The notes beneath the pieces are model-generated. The model was not told the origin of the DNA. It made no database searches and worked only from the letters and a program-made list of their open reading frames with translations. A stretch of 64,000 nucleotides of DNA from Octopus bimaculoides (Eukaryota), in NCBI RefSeq assembly GCF_001194135.2, contig NC_068983.1:69805354-69869353 (forward strand), read 5' to 3'. Below are positions 28,584 through 41,702 of the stretch, piece after piece (the first letter of the stretch is position 1; every line of letters starts with the position of its first letter). A program made the translations under genes and the position numbers.

Positions 28584-30134
28584 ATTGGCCAATACACTAT
28601 AAACAGAAATATATCTCTGTTCAAGAAATCAGTGCGAGGCTATAATGCTTTACAAGATGTTAAAGCTCCAGTTTCAGAATGCAATGGATGGTGCCCTCAG
28701 TGTTACCAATGTGATACCTCTCCCGGTAAAACAATAGATATTAATAACGACTTCATTTACATGCCTGGTGATATTTTAATAACGGCAATGATGCCTGTAC
28801 GGAAGGCAGGACAAACAATATTTGAATGTGGGGATGTCACCATCGACAGTGATGTTGATCAATTGATAGATGCTGTGATTTATGCTGTCAAAACAGCAAA
28901 ACAACGACACAATTCGCTTTTGAAAGATGTTAAGCCTGGCCTTTTAATCCTGGACACATGTTCTTCTAAACAAAAAGCCTTAACCATTTTAGGGAATTTT
29001 GAATCTTGTGCATATTCTCTTCGACAAAATAATAAAGAAAAGTCTAAAAAAATCGAGAAAAATGAGGATTATTATTCAAGCTGGGGAGCAAGCCCTAAAT
29101 TAACTCCAGCTTATATGGCAGTTGGATCTTCGGATGTCCTTGATATTTTGTTGGATTCAGTTGCAGATTTTAAAAAGCCTGTTTTGGCAATAGACAAAAA
29201 TGGGGGTACACGTAGAGCACAACGAGATTCAGATTTGCACGAAACCACTTTGTCGTTGACACTCTCTGCAAATGCTCGATTTTCCGCTATGATTAGTCTC
29301 ATAAATGCATATCGCTGGAATCATGTTTTCGTCGTTGCCTCTGACACACCAGAGAACCATAAACTAATTCAGTTATTCAGTGATATGACCAGGAGTACCA
29401 AAATATGTATTTTACATATTATCTGGCTAAATGACATTCTCGGAGTAAGTTATGATGACCTAAACCCTAACAACGAAACTAAATCAGATGATCCTTTCCT
29501 ATATGCTCTTAAGCTTCTTGCTACCGACAACACCACAAAGTTAATCATTGCTTTTATTTCTGAAGATCACTTCACCAAATTGAACTCGTTGATTAAGAAA
29601 AGCAACTTGTCAGTAATATGGTTTTTTGACCAATCACCTGATGGTTGGGAAAGGCATCCATTGAATACATCAATTCCGGCTGGTGCATTCACTATCGATC
29701 GTGCGACTCAGGTATATACAGAATTCGAGAAATATTATAACTCGTCACTGAGAGGAACAGACAATGTTTGGTTCTCTCGACAGCGACAAAAGCGTTTGTC
29801 TTGCCAAATCAAGAGCAACAGCCAGTTACGAAAAACCTGTTTAGGTAAGGGAATTCCTGCAGATCAGACAATATCTCCTATAACTACAGATGTCATACGT
29901 GCAACTGATGCGATATTATTTGCCCTGCAAAGGGAATATTCGGACAAATGTGGAGGCAAAGGTGGTTTGTGTAAAGAGTTTAATTCCAGAAATATTATGA
30001 CTCTTGATTCTTTCAAGAATATTGAAGTTGAGTTTGAAAGTGACTCCTTCCAGTTTGATGAAAGCCGAGAAGTGGTAACAAGCATAGCTATATATAGTCG
30101 AATTTTGGACGAAAACAACACAAAAATCGTAAAG
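28584..30134 (+). CDS. class C GPCR exon: Cys linker + complete VFT3
   Basis: TTTTCCTAG| acceptor, AAG|GTTAGT donor; phase 0-0; 517 codons; PGDILITAMMPV, LILDTCS, YRWNHV, KICI, KCGGKGGLC. Confidence 0.93.
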
Positions 30135-30937
30135 GTTAGTGGAAAGTTTTCGATTTTATCAATGTGTACAAGTGTGAGTGTGAAAGTGTGAAAATGTGAA
30201 ANNNNNNNNNNNNNNNNNNNNNNNNNNNNNNNNNNNNNNNNNNNNNNNNNNNNNNNNNNNNNNNNNNNNNNNNNNNNNNNNNNNNNNNNNNNNNNNNNNN
30301 NNNNNNNNNNNNNNNNNNNNNNNNNNNNNNNNNNNNNNNNNNNNNNNNNNNNNNNNNNNNNNNNNNNNNNNNNNNNNNNNNNNNNNNNNNNNNNNNNNNN
30401 NNNNNNNNNNNNNNNNNNNNNNNNNNNNNNNNNNNNNNNNNNNNNNNNNNNNNNNNNNNNNNNNNNNNNNNNNNNNNNNNNNNNNNNNNNNNNNNNNNNN
30501 NNNNNNNNNNNNNNNNNNNNNNNNNNNNNNNNNNNNNNNNNNNNNNNNNNNNNNNNNNNNNNNNNNNNNNNNNNNNNNNNNNNNNNNNNNNNNNNNNNNN
30601 NNNNNNNNNNNNNNNNNNNNNNNNNNNNNNNNNNNNNNNNNNNNNNNNNNNNNNNNNNNNNNNNNNNNNNNNNNNNNNNNNNNNNNNNNNNNNNNNNNNN
30701 NNNNNNNNNNNNNNNNNNNNNNNNNNNNNNNNNNNNNNNNNNNNNNNNNNNNNNNNNNNNNNNNNNNNNNNNNNNNNNNNNNNNNNNNNNNNNNNNNNNN
30801 NNNNNNNNNNNNNNNNNNNNNNNNNNNNNNNNNNNNNNNNNNNNNNNNNNNNNNNNNNNNNNNNNNNNNNNNNNNNNNNNNNNNNNNNNNNNNNNNNNNN
30901 NNNNNNNNNNNNTATATATATATATATATATACATAG

Positions 30938-30980
<43 letters not shown>

Positions 30981-31225
30981 TACAGGCAGATAGACAGACA
31001 CATACATACGTATACATATGTATGTGTGTATATACGTATGCACGTATCTATATATATGTGTGTGTATGTATGAATGAACGAATAAATGTATGTATGTATG
31101 TCTATGAGTGTGTATGAATGAATGTATATGTGTATGTATGTATGTATGTATGTATGTATGTATGCATGCATGCATGCATCTATCTGTCTGTCTGTCTGTC
31201 CATCTGTCCATCTGTCCATCTAGAT

Positions 31226-31406
31226 CAGTGGTTCCCATCCGTTTTTTGGCCATGCCCCACCAAATCATTTCTAAAATCCTGATGTCCCCCTTGTGATATT
31301 TAATTTTTGTTATTCAAAATTTGGTTAATGTTTACTATATTATCCGGAAACAAACTAAAAAAAATTGTGCAACAGTTGTAAAAAAAAATGTGTAGAAAAC
31401 GAATAT
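31226..31406. mobile_element. hAT (Charlie-like) element end, runs into gap
   Basis: CAGTGGTTCCCA terminus, same type as the elements at 55412 and 59472. Confidence 0.5.
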
Positions 31407-32892
31407 NNNNNNNNNNNNNNNNNNNNNNNNNNNNNNNNNNNNNNNNNNNNNNNNNNNNNNNNNNNNNNNNNNNNNNNNNNNNNNNNNNNNNNNNNNNNNN
31501 NNNNNNNNNNNNNNNNNNNNNNNNNNNNNNNNNNNNNNNNNNNNNNNNNNNNNNNNNNNNNNNNNNNNNNNNNNNNNNNNNNNNNNNNNNNNNNNNNNNN
31601 NNNNNNNNNNNNNNNNNNNNNNNNNNNNNNNNNNNNNNNNNNNNNNNNNNNCGGCATAACTACAGATTTCTGCGCCCCCGACTTTGGATGATCATAACTT
31701 TCAGAAAAATGGATATTTTTTAATGAAATTGTCTACGAATATGTGTTATATCATGTAGATTCCGAATATACAAAATTTTTGGGGGAAGTGTTTTAGGAAG
31801 GGTTGCGGTGGGGAATTTCGGAAAATTCACCAGAGTTCACTTCAATTCATCTTAACTTTCAAGAAAATGGATATATTTTTTAATGAAATTCTCTTCAAAT
31901 ATACCTCAGACTATGTAGATTCCGAGGACATAGAAATTTTGTGGGAAAACAATGGGGGCTATTTTTGAGAACCGTTCCCCACTCGCGGGTGTTTCTGAAC
32001 TAGTCGTCCATATTTGTTTCATTTTCTCCGTTTTGTGCGTTTGTGCATCCGTAGATCTCTACCACACACACACACTAACACATGCACACACACGGATGCA
32101 ATACAAACCCCAGAGAATCCAGGAAAACGACCTTATGAACCTATGGCTCGGGAAGAAATTTTGATCCTATATCCTCTTAACGTATCTACCTTTTACTGTT
32201 CACGTTTCTGTTTCTGTCTTTTATTCCGTTTACTATGCATGTACTTTTGGTTATCGTTGCTATCTTTCACTACATGTTTACTTGACTTCTTGCATCTTTC
32301 TGTCTCCACTTTTACTCCTTTTCATCGGGTTGTGGTGCACCTGAGCACTGGATGCATTAAACTCATTAGTCTGAGTAACATCAAAATATGTGACAACCGC
32401 CATCACACTTAAGTGAACCCACTGCTAAAGATACTAACCAAAAGTCGGGTACTCTTCTTTTCTACAAGCATCATTTTGATTGGTTAATCCGTTTTACTTT
32501 TTTCTGAAGAGGAGAAACTAATTCGTACCTACTTGATTCATGGCTAATAATTAAAATTTAACCGTAAAACCATATTAACATCTTTTATTTCGTAGTAATG
32601 AAAAAATATGAGACCGAGATTTTGCGATTTCTATATTCTTCATTTTCTTCATTTGTACGAAATAAATAGATGAAATGCGATTCTACAGTTGTATTTTAAT
32701 TTCTTATTGCTATGAAGTAACTAAGTGTGAAATACTTTCTTTCATCACAAATGAGCAAAATTAATGAACCAACCAAAAGGAATAATGGAGATTATTATCT
32801 CTTTGATGTAAAATATAAAATAGTATTGCCGTTAGTACTCTATTCATAGTGAATTTATCATATTTTATTTCTTTATCTTTTATCTTCATTAG

Positions 32893-34053
32893 GTTGCCGA
32901 ATGGAAGGATGACACTTTGTCCGAAGTTACAAAAACCACCATCTTACTGAATGACAATTTTGGTGATGATCTGGATAAAGAAGATGTCAGGTTAATGATG
33001 GAGGCCAGTTGTGAAGAGAAATCTTGTACGTGTGTGAATATGCCACCAAAACCAACTCCATCTATGAAATCTACAATGGCACTAACACTACGGGATGAAG
33101 GATTTGTAAAGTCGACGGGTCAGTTTCGGGGAACTATTTGGGCAACTGTAGTAATAACAGTGGCGGCTGCTGGTGTCTTAACAGCGATTGGAATCTTCAC
33201 GTATCTTCTTTATAAATATTGTCTGGGTACCGGTTGCGGACGACGCTATTGCACTTTAGCGTTGATCCTGTTATTTGCTCTTGTTGTACAATATTCCACC
33301 ATCTTACCATTTGTTTTCACGCCCAACGAACTTGTATGCGAGATGCGTTATTTTGCTCCTGCTTTTGGTTATGCATTTACCCTTAGTATAATACTCGTGA
33401 AGCTAATGAATCTTCACGATTATAGATTAATAGGACTCGGTGGAACTTTATCAATTGTCAACCAGTTATTGACAATTGTTTTTATAACAGGCATCCAAGT
33501 AGCAGTCGGTCTGCAACGATGGCTTCTAATGAAATCTGCACTGGCAAAGATGGTTACTTACTATGGAGTTTCCATCTATAGTTGTTTGTTTGATAAGTAT
33601 GAATTTATTTACTACATCTGTTACCCGATGTTTCTACAGATTCTCATTTTGCTTTATGCAATCTCTCTTTACAAAGAGAAGAGAAATCTCCGTGAAGCCA
33701 AATATATTCTTTTGGCTTGTGTTTTCAGCATTGTTGTTTGGTTGTCGTGGCAACTGGTCTACTTTTTGCAATCAAGCAAATTCATGCAACCGGCTGTCGC
33801 AATCGGTATCCTAATATTTACCACTGTTAATTTATCTCTCATCTTTATTCCTAAGATACACATGATGGCCACTCTAAGATATGATGTCAACAAGACGTCA
33901 CAGGATCACTACAGTACCAAAGCCGATTCAGACTTTTTCTTTGAAAGACCTTTTTCTCTTCCTGGCACATTGAAAACATCTGTTTCTGAAAAAACATATG
34001 CAAGATCTTACGACGCTTTTGAGAATTCAAATTATTCATCGGGGTCCGTTTGA
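32893..34053 (+). CDS. class C GPCR terminal exon: short stalk + 7TM + C-tail
   Basis: TTCATTAG| acceptor, phase 0, 386 aa to TGA; seven hydrophobic segments; class C signatures TPNELVCEMR, ILVKLM (TM3 Lys), NLREAKYI (cf. NFNEAKFI), FIPKIHM (cf. FxPKxY). Confidence 0.95.
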   Translation, partial: VAEWKDDTLSEVTKTTILLNDNFGDDLDKEDVRLMMEASCEEKSCTCVNMPPKPTPSMKSTMALTLRDEGFVKSTGQFRGTIWATVVITVAAAGVLTAIGIFTYLLYKYCLGTGCGRRYCTLALILLFALVVQYSTILPFVFTPNELVCEMRYFAPAFGYAFTLSIILVKLMNLHDYRLIGLGGTLSIVNQLLTIVFITGIQVAVGLQRWLLMKSALAKMVTYYGVSIYSCLFDKYEFIYYICYPMFLQILILLYAISLYKEKRNLREAKYILLACVFSIVVWLSWQLVYFLQSSKFMQPAVAIGILIFTTVNLSLIFIPKIHMMATLRYDVNKTSQDHYSTKADSDFFFERPFSLPGTLKTSVSEKTYARSYDAFENSNYSSGSV

Positions 34054-35017
34054 TATGTGGTTTTGGGGATTTCGGTAATAATTTTAATTGGAGTATGTAA
34101 ATAAGAATATATATATATATATATATATATATANNNNNNNNNNNNNNNNNNNNNNNNNNNNNNNNNNNNNNNNNNNNNNNNNNNNNNNNNNNNNNNNNNN
34201 NNNNNNNNNNNNNNNNNNNNNNNNNNNNNNNNNNNNNNNNNNNNNNNNNNNNNNNNNNNNNNNNNNNNNNNNNNNNNNNNNNNNNNNNNNNNNNNNNNNN
34301 NNNNNNNNNNNNNNNNNNNNNNNNNNNNNNNNNNNNNNNNNNNNNNNNNNNNNNNNNNNNNNNNNNNNNNNNNNNNNNNNNNNNNNNNNNNNNNNNNNNN
34401 NNNNNNNNNNNNNNNNNNNNNNNNNNNNNNNNNNNNNNNNNNNNNNNNNNNNNNNNNNNNNNNNNNNNNNNNNNNNNNNNNNNNNNNNTATATATATATA
34501 TATATATATATGCGTATATATACATGCATATATACTAACATACATACATACACAAATATATACATATGCAAATATACTGCACATAGAAAATATGGAATAT
34601 TTACCCAAAGTTACCTCGTAGGCCATCGAAATGATTCGGTACCTATTTAAATGGTCAACCGTCATTTAACGAGAATCACTCATTTAACTACTGAATACAT
34701 AGCAAGTTTGCTGGCATCCAAAGTTGGTTTCATATACATCAACCCAAAAAACGGATAAAGAATAATTAATGAATGTCTTAAAAGCGTAATGAAAAATATC
34801 TTCAAACAGCATACATGCGCCGTAAGGATCTTTGTGGTAAATGCTCCATATTTTATAGGGTAATTTTAAGGTCATTTTCTCCTGATTTCTTAATTCATAT
34901 AGACATAAATCCATTGCAGCGACTACTTGAGTCGTGATGCTCTATTTGTGGTGAAATATCTCGGATAAACAAAAGCTTGGGTGCCTTTGGCGATAAACAT
35001 AGGCACATGAGCAGGGG

Positions 35018-35075
<58 letters not shown>

Positions 35076-36452
35076 NNNNNNNNNNNNNNNNNNNNNNNNN
35101 NNNNNNNNNNNNNNNNNNNNNNNNNNNNNNNNNNNNNNNNNNNNNNNNNNNNNNNNNNNNNNNNNNNNNNNNNNNNNNNNNNNNNNNNNNNNNNNNNNNN
35201 NNNNNNNNNNNNNNNNNNNNNNNNNNNNNNNNNNNNNNNNNNNNNNNNNNNNNNNNNNNNNNNNNNNNNNNNNNNNNNNNNNNNNNNNNNNNNNNNNNNN
35301 NNNNNNNNNNNNNNNNNNNNNNNNNNNNNNNNNNNNNNNNNNNNNNNNNNNNNNNNNNNNNNNNNNNNNNNNNNNNNNNNNNNNNNNNNNNNNNNNNNNN
35401 NNNNNNNNNNNNNNNNNNNNNNNNNNNNNNNNNNNNNNNNNNNNNNNNNNNNNNNNNNNNNNNNNNNNNNNNNNNNNNNNNNNNNNNNNNNNNNNNNNNN
35501 NNNNNNNNNNNNNNNNNNNNNNNNNNNNNNNNNNNNNNNNNNNNNNNNNNNNNNNNNNNNNNNNNNNNNNNNNNNNNNNNNNNNNNNNNNNNNNNNNNNN
35601 NNNNNNNNNNNNNNNNNNNNNNNNNNNNNNNNNNNNNNNNNNNNNNNNNNNNNNNNNNNNNNNNNNNNNNNNNNNNNNNNNNNNNNNNNNNNNNNNNNNN
35701 NNNNNNNNNNNNNNNNNNNNNNNNNNNNNNNNNNNNNNNNNNNNNNNNNNNNNNNNNNNNNNNNNNNNNNNNNNNNNNNNNNNATATATATATATATATA
35801 TATATAAATATATATATATATAACCGAAACACTGCCAGCCTTTCCCCTCCCTACTTACCACAACCTCCCAAGTAAAACCATAGCTTACACCTCTCTTACA
35901 CCGACCATATCTCTGAAATAAGGAAATGGAACATGTCAGAGGATAAGAGAGGGAAAGAGAAAGAGAGAGGGAGAGAGAGAAAGTGAGTGGGGAAAGAGAG
36001 TGAGAGAGAGAGTTGTTTTCTCATCAAGAAGAATATTATCTGCTCTGTCTGCTCTATCACTACCTTCAGATACTTTGCCTCGTGTACGTTGACGTCAACG
36101 CGTTTTGACTGCTCTTCTCATCCAGTAAGACTTTTTAGATAGCCACATCTTCCTAGAATCATGCACTGCCATTTGAAATAAAGGGTGGATGGGGCAATTT
36201 AGTTCCTAGTACACAAAACAGATGACCGGTTTAAACCTTCGACCGCAGATCGATTAAACCAAGTTGATTTTAAGCTGAAAAGCAGTGATTATATTTCTTC
36301 TAGTCAATGAGAGGACATATTGTACAATGTAGTCTTACAGGTGCTATAAGACGTGATAATGTCTAGTAGGTAAATTAGGTGAAAATAAGCAAGGGTTGTT
36401 TTTCTCCTTGTATATATACATATCTATCTATCTATCCATCCATTCAATATAT

Positions 36453-36820
36453 GGAGTGGCTGTGTGGTAAGTAGCTTGCTTACAAACCACATGGTTCCGG
36501 GTTCAGTCCCACTGCGTGGCACTTCTACTATAGCCTCGGGCCGACCAAAGCCTTGTGAGTGGATTTGGTAGACGGAAACTGAAAGAAGCCCGTCGTATAT
36601 ATGTATATATATGTATGTGTGTGTGTTTGTGTTTGTCTCCCCATCATCGCTTGACAACCGATGCTGGTGTGTTTACGTCCCCGTAACTTAGCGGTTCGGC
36701 AAAAAGAAACCGATAGAATAAGTACTAGGCTTCCAAAGAATAAGTCCTGGGGTCGATTTGCTCGACTAAAGGCGTTGCTCTAGCATGACCGCAGTCAAAT
36801 GACTGAAACAAGTAAAAGAG
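36453..36820 (+). mobile_element. near full-length tRNA-derived SINE, family 1
   Basis: GGAGTGGCTGTGTGGTAAG...GGTTCAGTCC head, internal (TA)/(TG) tract, tail ending GACTGAAACAAGTAAAAGAG. Confidence 0.8.
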
Positions 36821-38100
36821 AGTAAAAGAGAATATATATATATACACATGAACATGCTTTTAGAGAAAATCATCAACCTCATAAGATGCATGATATGGAA
36901 AACCTCTAAGAAGAGAACTACCGGTTCCAGCCAGCATATCTGAAGAGTTGTCAATATTGTCTAGCGGTAATATCGTCACGAATAGCATATAACTGACCAC
37001 TTATATGACATAACCATAAATATATTACTTGATGATATGAAAATATACAAGACCAAATGCAGATATTTATGTACGTTTCGAGTAGTTATGTAATATAACT
37101 GATATGTAATATGATCTTCGTCAGTATGAAAAATTTGCCTGTAAATATACTTAGAAAATCTGCCAAAATACAGAGGATATACTCGCACACACACGCATAT
37201 ACACACATATAAACTCCTTGTCTCATATATTTCTTACTTTTCTACCTATCTTTTTCCTCTTCTTGTTTTTATTTTGGAGGGTTTTCTACAATAATCCGGG
37301 CAGCTACTAGATATAGGAGAAATTTGTATTGTTCTATATATTCTGAAATGTTGACTGTCGAGTCTAGTATTATGTATTGGGTTTCTTACGTAACTACTTA
37401 AAACGTATATATATGTATATATGTATATATGTGTGTGTGTATGTATATATATATATGTATATGTATATATATATGTGTGCATATATATATGTGCATGTAT
37501 ATGTATATGTATATATGTACGTTTATGCATATATGTATATATATGTGTATATATATATATATACGTTTATGCATATATATATTTGTGTATGTGCATGTCT
37601 ATATATACATATGTATACATATATGTATATATAGCAATATAGGTGTAAATATATATATAGTTATATACCTGTATATATATGTACATGTATATGTATGTGC
37701 ATCTCTCATTCTCTCTCTCCTTCAATCTCTACTTGAATATGAGTATTTACGCACACGACTACATATGTACATACATTTCTATGCATTTGATGTAACACGG
37801 ATGTAATGGGACGAAGCTTCAGGGCATCATAAACAGAGGTGATTTTTTTTTCTTTTTATAGAAACGATTCTCAAAGGACCAAACGTACAAAGAGAAGATT
37901 CGTATACACTTGGTATAACATGCTACACTTCATTCCTGTGATATTTTTCAAATTATACATCACCAATACTATTTTGAATGACATGAGCTAACGTGGGAGT
38001 TTCTACTTAATCATCCATCCTGTTAGAAATATGAGCGAAATCTCCATAGAATCATACCCTACTGTTTCAAAATAGGATATATTGTATGTATGTATGTATG

Positions 38101-38154
<54 letters not shown>

Positions 38155-38989
38155 TAAATACATACATATACATGCATACACACATACACAAACACATATA
38201 TTTATATCTATATTTATACCCTTATATATACATAGATANNNNNNNNNNNNNNNNNNNNNNNNNNNNNNNNNNNNNNNNNNNNNNNNNNNNNNNNNNNNNN
38301 NNNNNNNNNNNNNNNNNNNNNNNNTATATATATATATATATATATATATCATATGTGTGTGTGTATGTATATATGTATCTACATATATATATAAATATAT
38401 ATATATATATGTATAACTACAGTGTGTCATATGTGATAGAATAGTCAAGGACAGAAAACATTGTGGCCTATGTTTATTCACTCAGAGCTGACGTGGACCA
38501 AAACGAAAAGAACAACCATTTCAAATTTGAATGACAAACTCATCACTGAAAGTACTTGAAGTCAAAACCACCAAAGAAATCCCAATGTGGCTGCACGATT
38601 TGCTAGAAATAATGGCTCAGTATTTCTCAAATTTCACCCTTCACTGTTCAATTAGATAAATACTAAATAATAGGGAAGGACACATTAGATATTGTAGTCC
38701 TTGATAAATAAAGAGTAAAAGAAAGAACCATGAGATGCTCATAGCTGGAATTTCTATGATAAGATCTGCTCTCCATCGACAGAATAGGGATGTTGAAGCT
38801 CTGGCTATGTGTGAAGGAGACTCCTGCCACCAAAAATTTCAAACTAGTTACATATGTATTGGGGTGGTTGGTGTTAGGAAGGGCAACCAGTCATAAAAAC
38901 CCTGCCAGAATAGATACTGAAGCTTGGTGCGGTCTCCTGCCCAGCCAGCTCCTCAAATCATCCAACCACTAGTGTAGCTAGGGGGGACG

Positions 38990-40030
<1,041 letters not shown>

Positions 40031-40145
40031 TGTCATAGCCCTTATACAATTATTACCTCATTTCTTCCATAGTACTCTCACACAGTTGAAGTGATAATAT
40101 TTTATTCTGACCAATGAGAAGGAGTATTATATATCTATCTATCTA

Positions 40146-40210
<65 letters not shown>

Positions 40211-41632
40211 CTGGTTTGAAACTTGAAAATGAGGTACGATTTTGTATTAATTATATTACTGCAAGTGCTGCTGTTTCCGCTATGACTTGTTGTCTTTGAC
40301 ATTGTTTTGCTTGTTGTTGCTGTTGTAAATTCTATTCTTTTGTTTTTCTTGTTCTTTGTTTTATTGCTGTAATTGTTGTTAATGCAATTGCTGCAGCTTT
40401 TGAATCTCAACACATCCCTGATTTAAGGCATTCCAGCCATATCTACCCATTATTTTTTTTCCTATTAAATTTCAGAATTTAAAATGTATATAGAACCACA
40501 TTATCCAGTGTATCCTCTCTACCTTTTCATATATACAGTGTAATTTAAGAGAGATTTAGCTACTATTCCTAGCAAGTCATGTAACCATATAGTAGTTCCT
40601 TTGAAGCCTTGTTGTTTCTTTTGTAATTGCTATCAGATTAAAATAAGAGAAAGGAGAAAAGAGTTAAACTATTGGAACAAAACTAGCAACTTTAAGACCT
40701 AGATTACACATGTTTTGCACTCATATACAGTTGATGGAACAGCCATGCTACTGAAATATAAGAATCATTGGCAATTCAAGGAACTTGCTGAACAAAATGA
40801 AAGTTGATTTATTTACTTGACCCTAATTTAAAACTATAACACTACTGGCAGTTCACCCTAAGTCACATTTCATAGTCCGATAGACAATTTGACTAAAATT
40901 ACATTTGGCAGTTTGGTAGGGAATTTAATTGAAGTTGCACAAGTCAGTCAGCCTAATAGTAAATTTAGCAAAAATTTATGTAGGGCAGCTTGGTAGGGGA
41001 TTTGACTAAAATTACACATAGCAGACTACTATGGAATTTCACATTTTACTACATATAATAGTTTGTTAAAGAACTTGATTAAAGTCGCATATAAACATTT
41101 GCAAGAGAATTTAACTTCAGTTACACATGACAGTCCAGTAGATACTTTAACTGAAGTCACATGAGATAGTCTTCTACAAAATTTGGCTAACTCACGAGTA
41201 GTAGTCTGCTGGGAAATTTGACTACTAAGAAAGTAGCAGTGAAATAGTTAATGAAGAAACTTTAGCATTAATGAAAGAAACCCTTCCATTCTGAAGAGTT
41301 CTTTGTAACTGCTATGAGGATTACATTTCTTACAGCTAAGATATTTATTTACAGGCTGTCTTGTAGAATATATGAAGAGTTAGAACAAAGTTTGTGACAC
41401 TATATTAATAAAAAAGGCTATTGTAGATGCTAATGTTTATGTCTACAGTAGTAAGGTGGAAATGCCTGAACACTTATGTAGATATTAAAGTAATACATAC
41501 ATGCATACATGCATACATATGTATACATACATACATACATATATATACATACATACATACATATATATACATACATACATATATATACATACATACATAT
41601 ATATACATACATACATATATATACATACATAC

Positions 41633-41702
<70 letters not shown>

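Noticed and set aside
31690-32000. Tandem ~100 bp units ending near CTAG, possibly a Helitron 3' end
   Set aside because: Hairpin is weak and the 5' end is lost in a gap; not supportable beyond a generic TE end.
34039-34053. C-terminal SSGSV as a PDZ ligand
   Set aside because: Position -2 is Gly, not Ser/Thr or hydrophobic.
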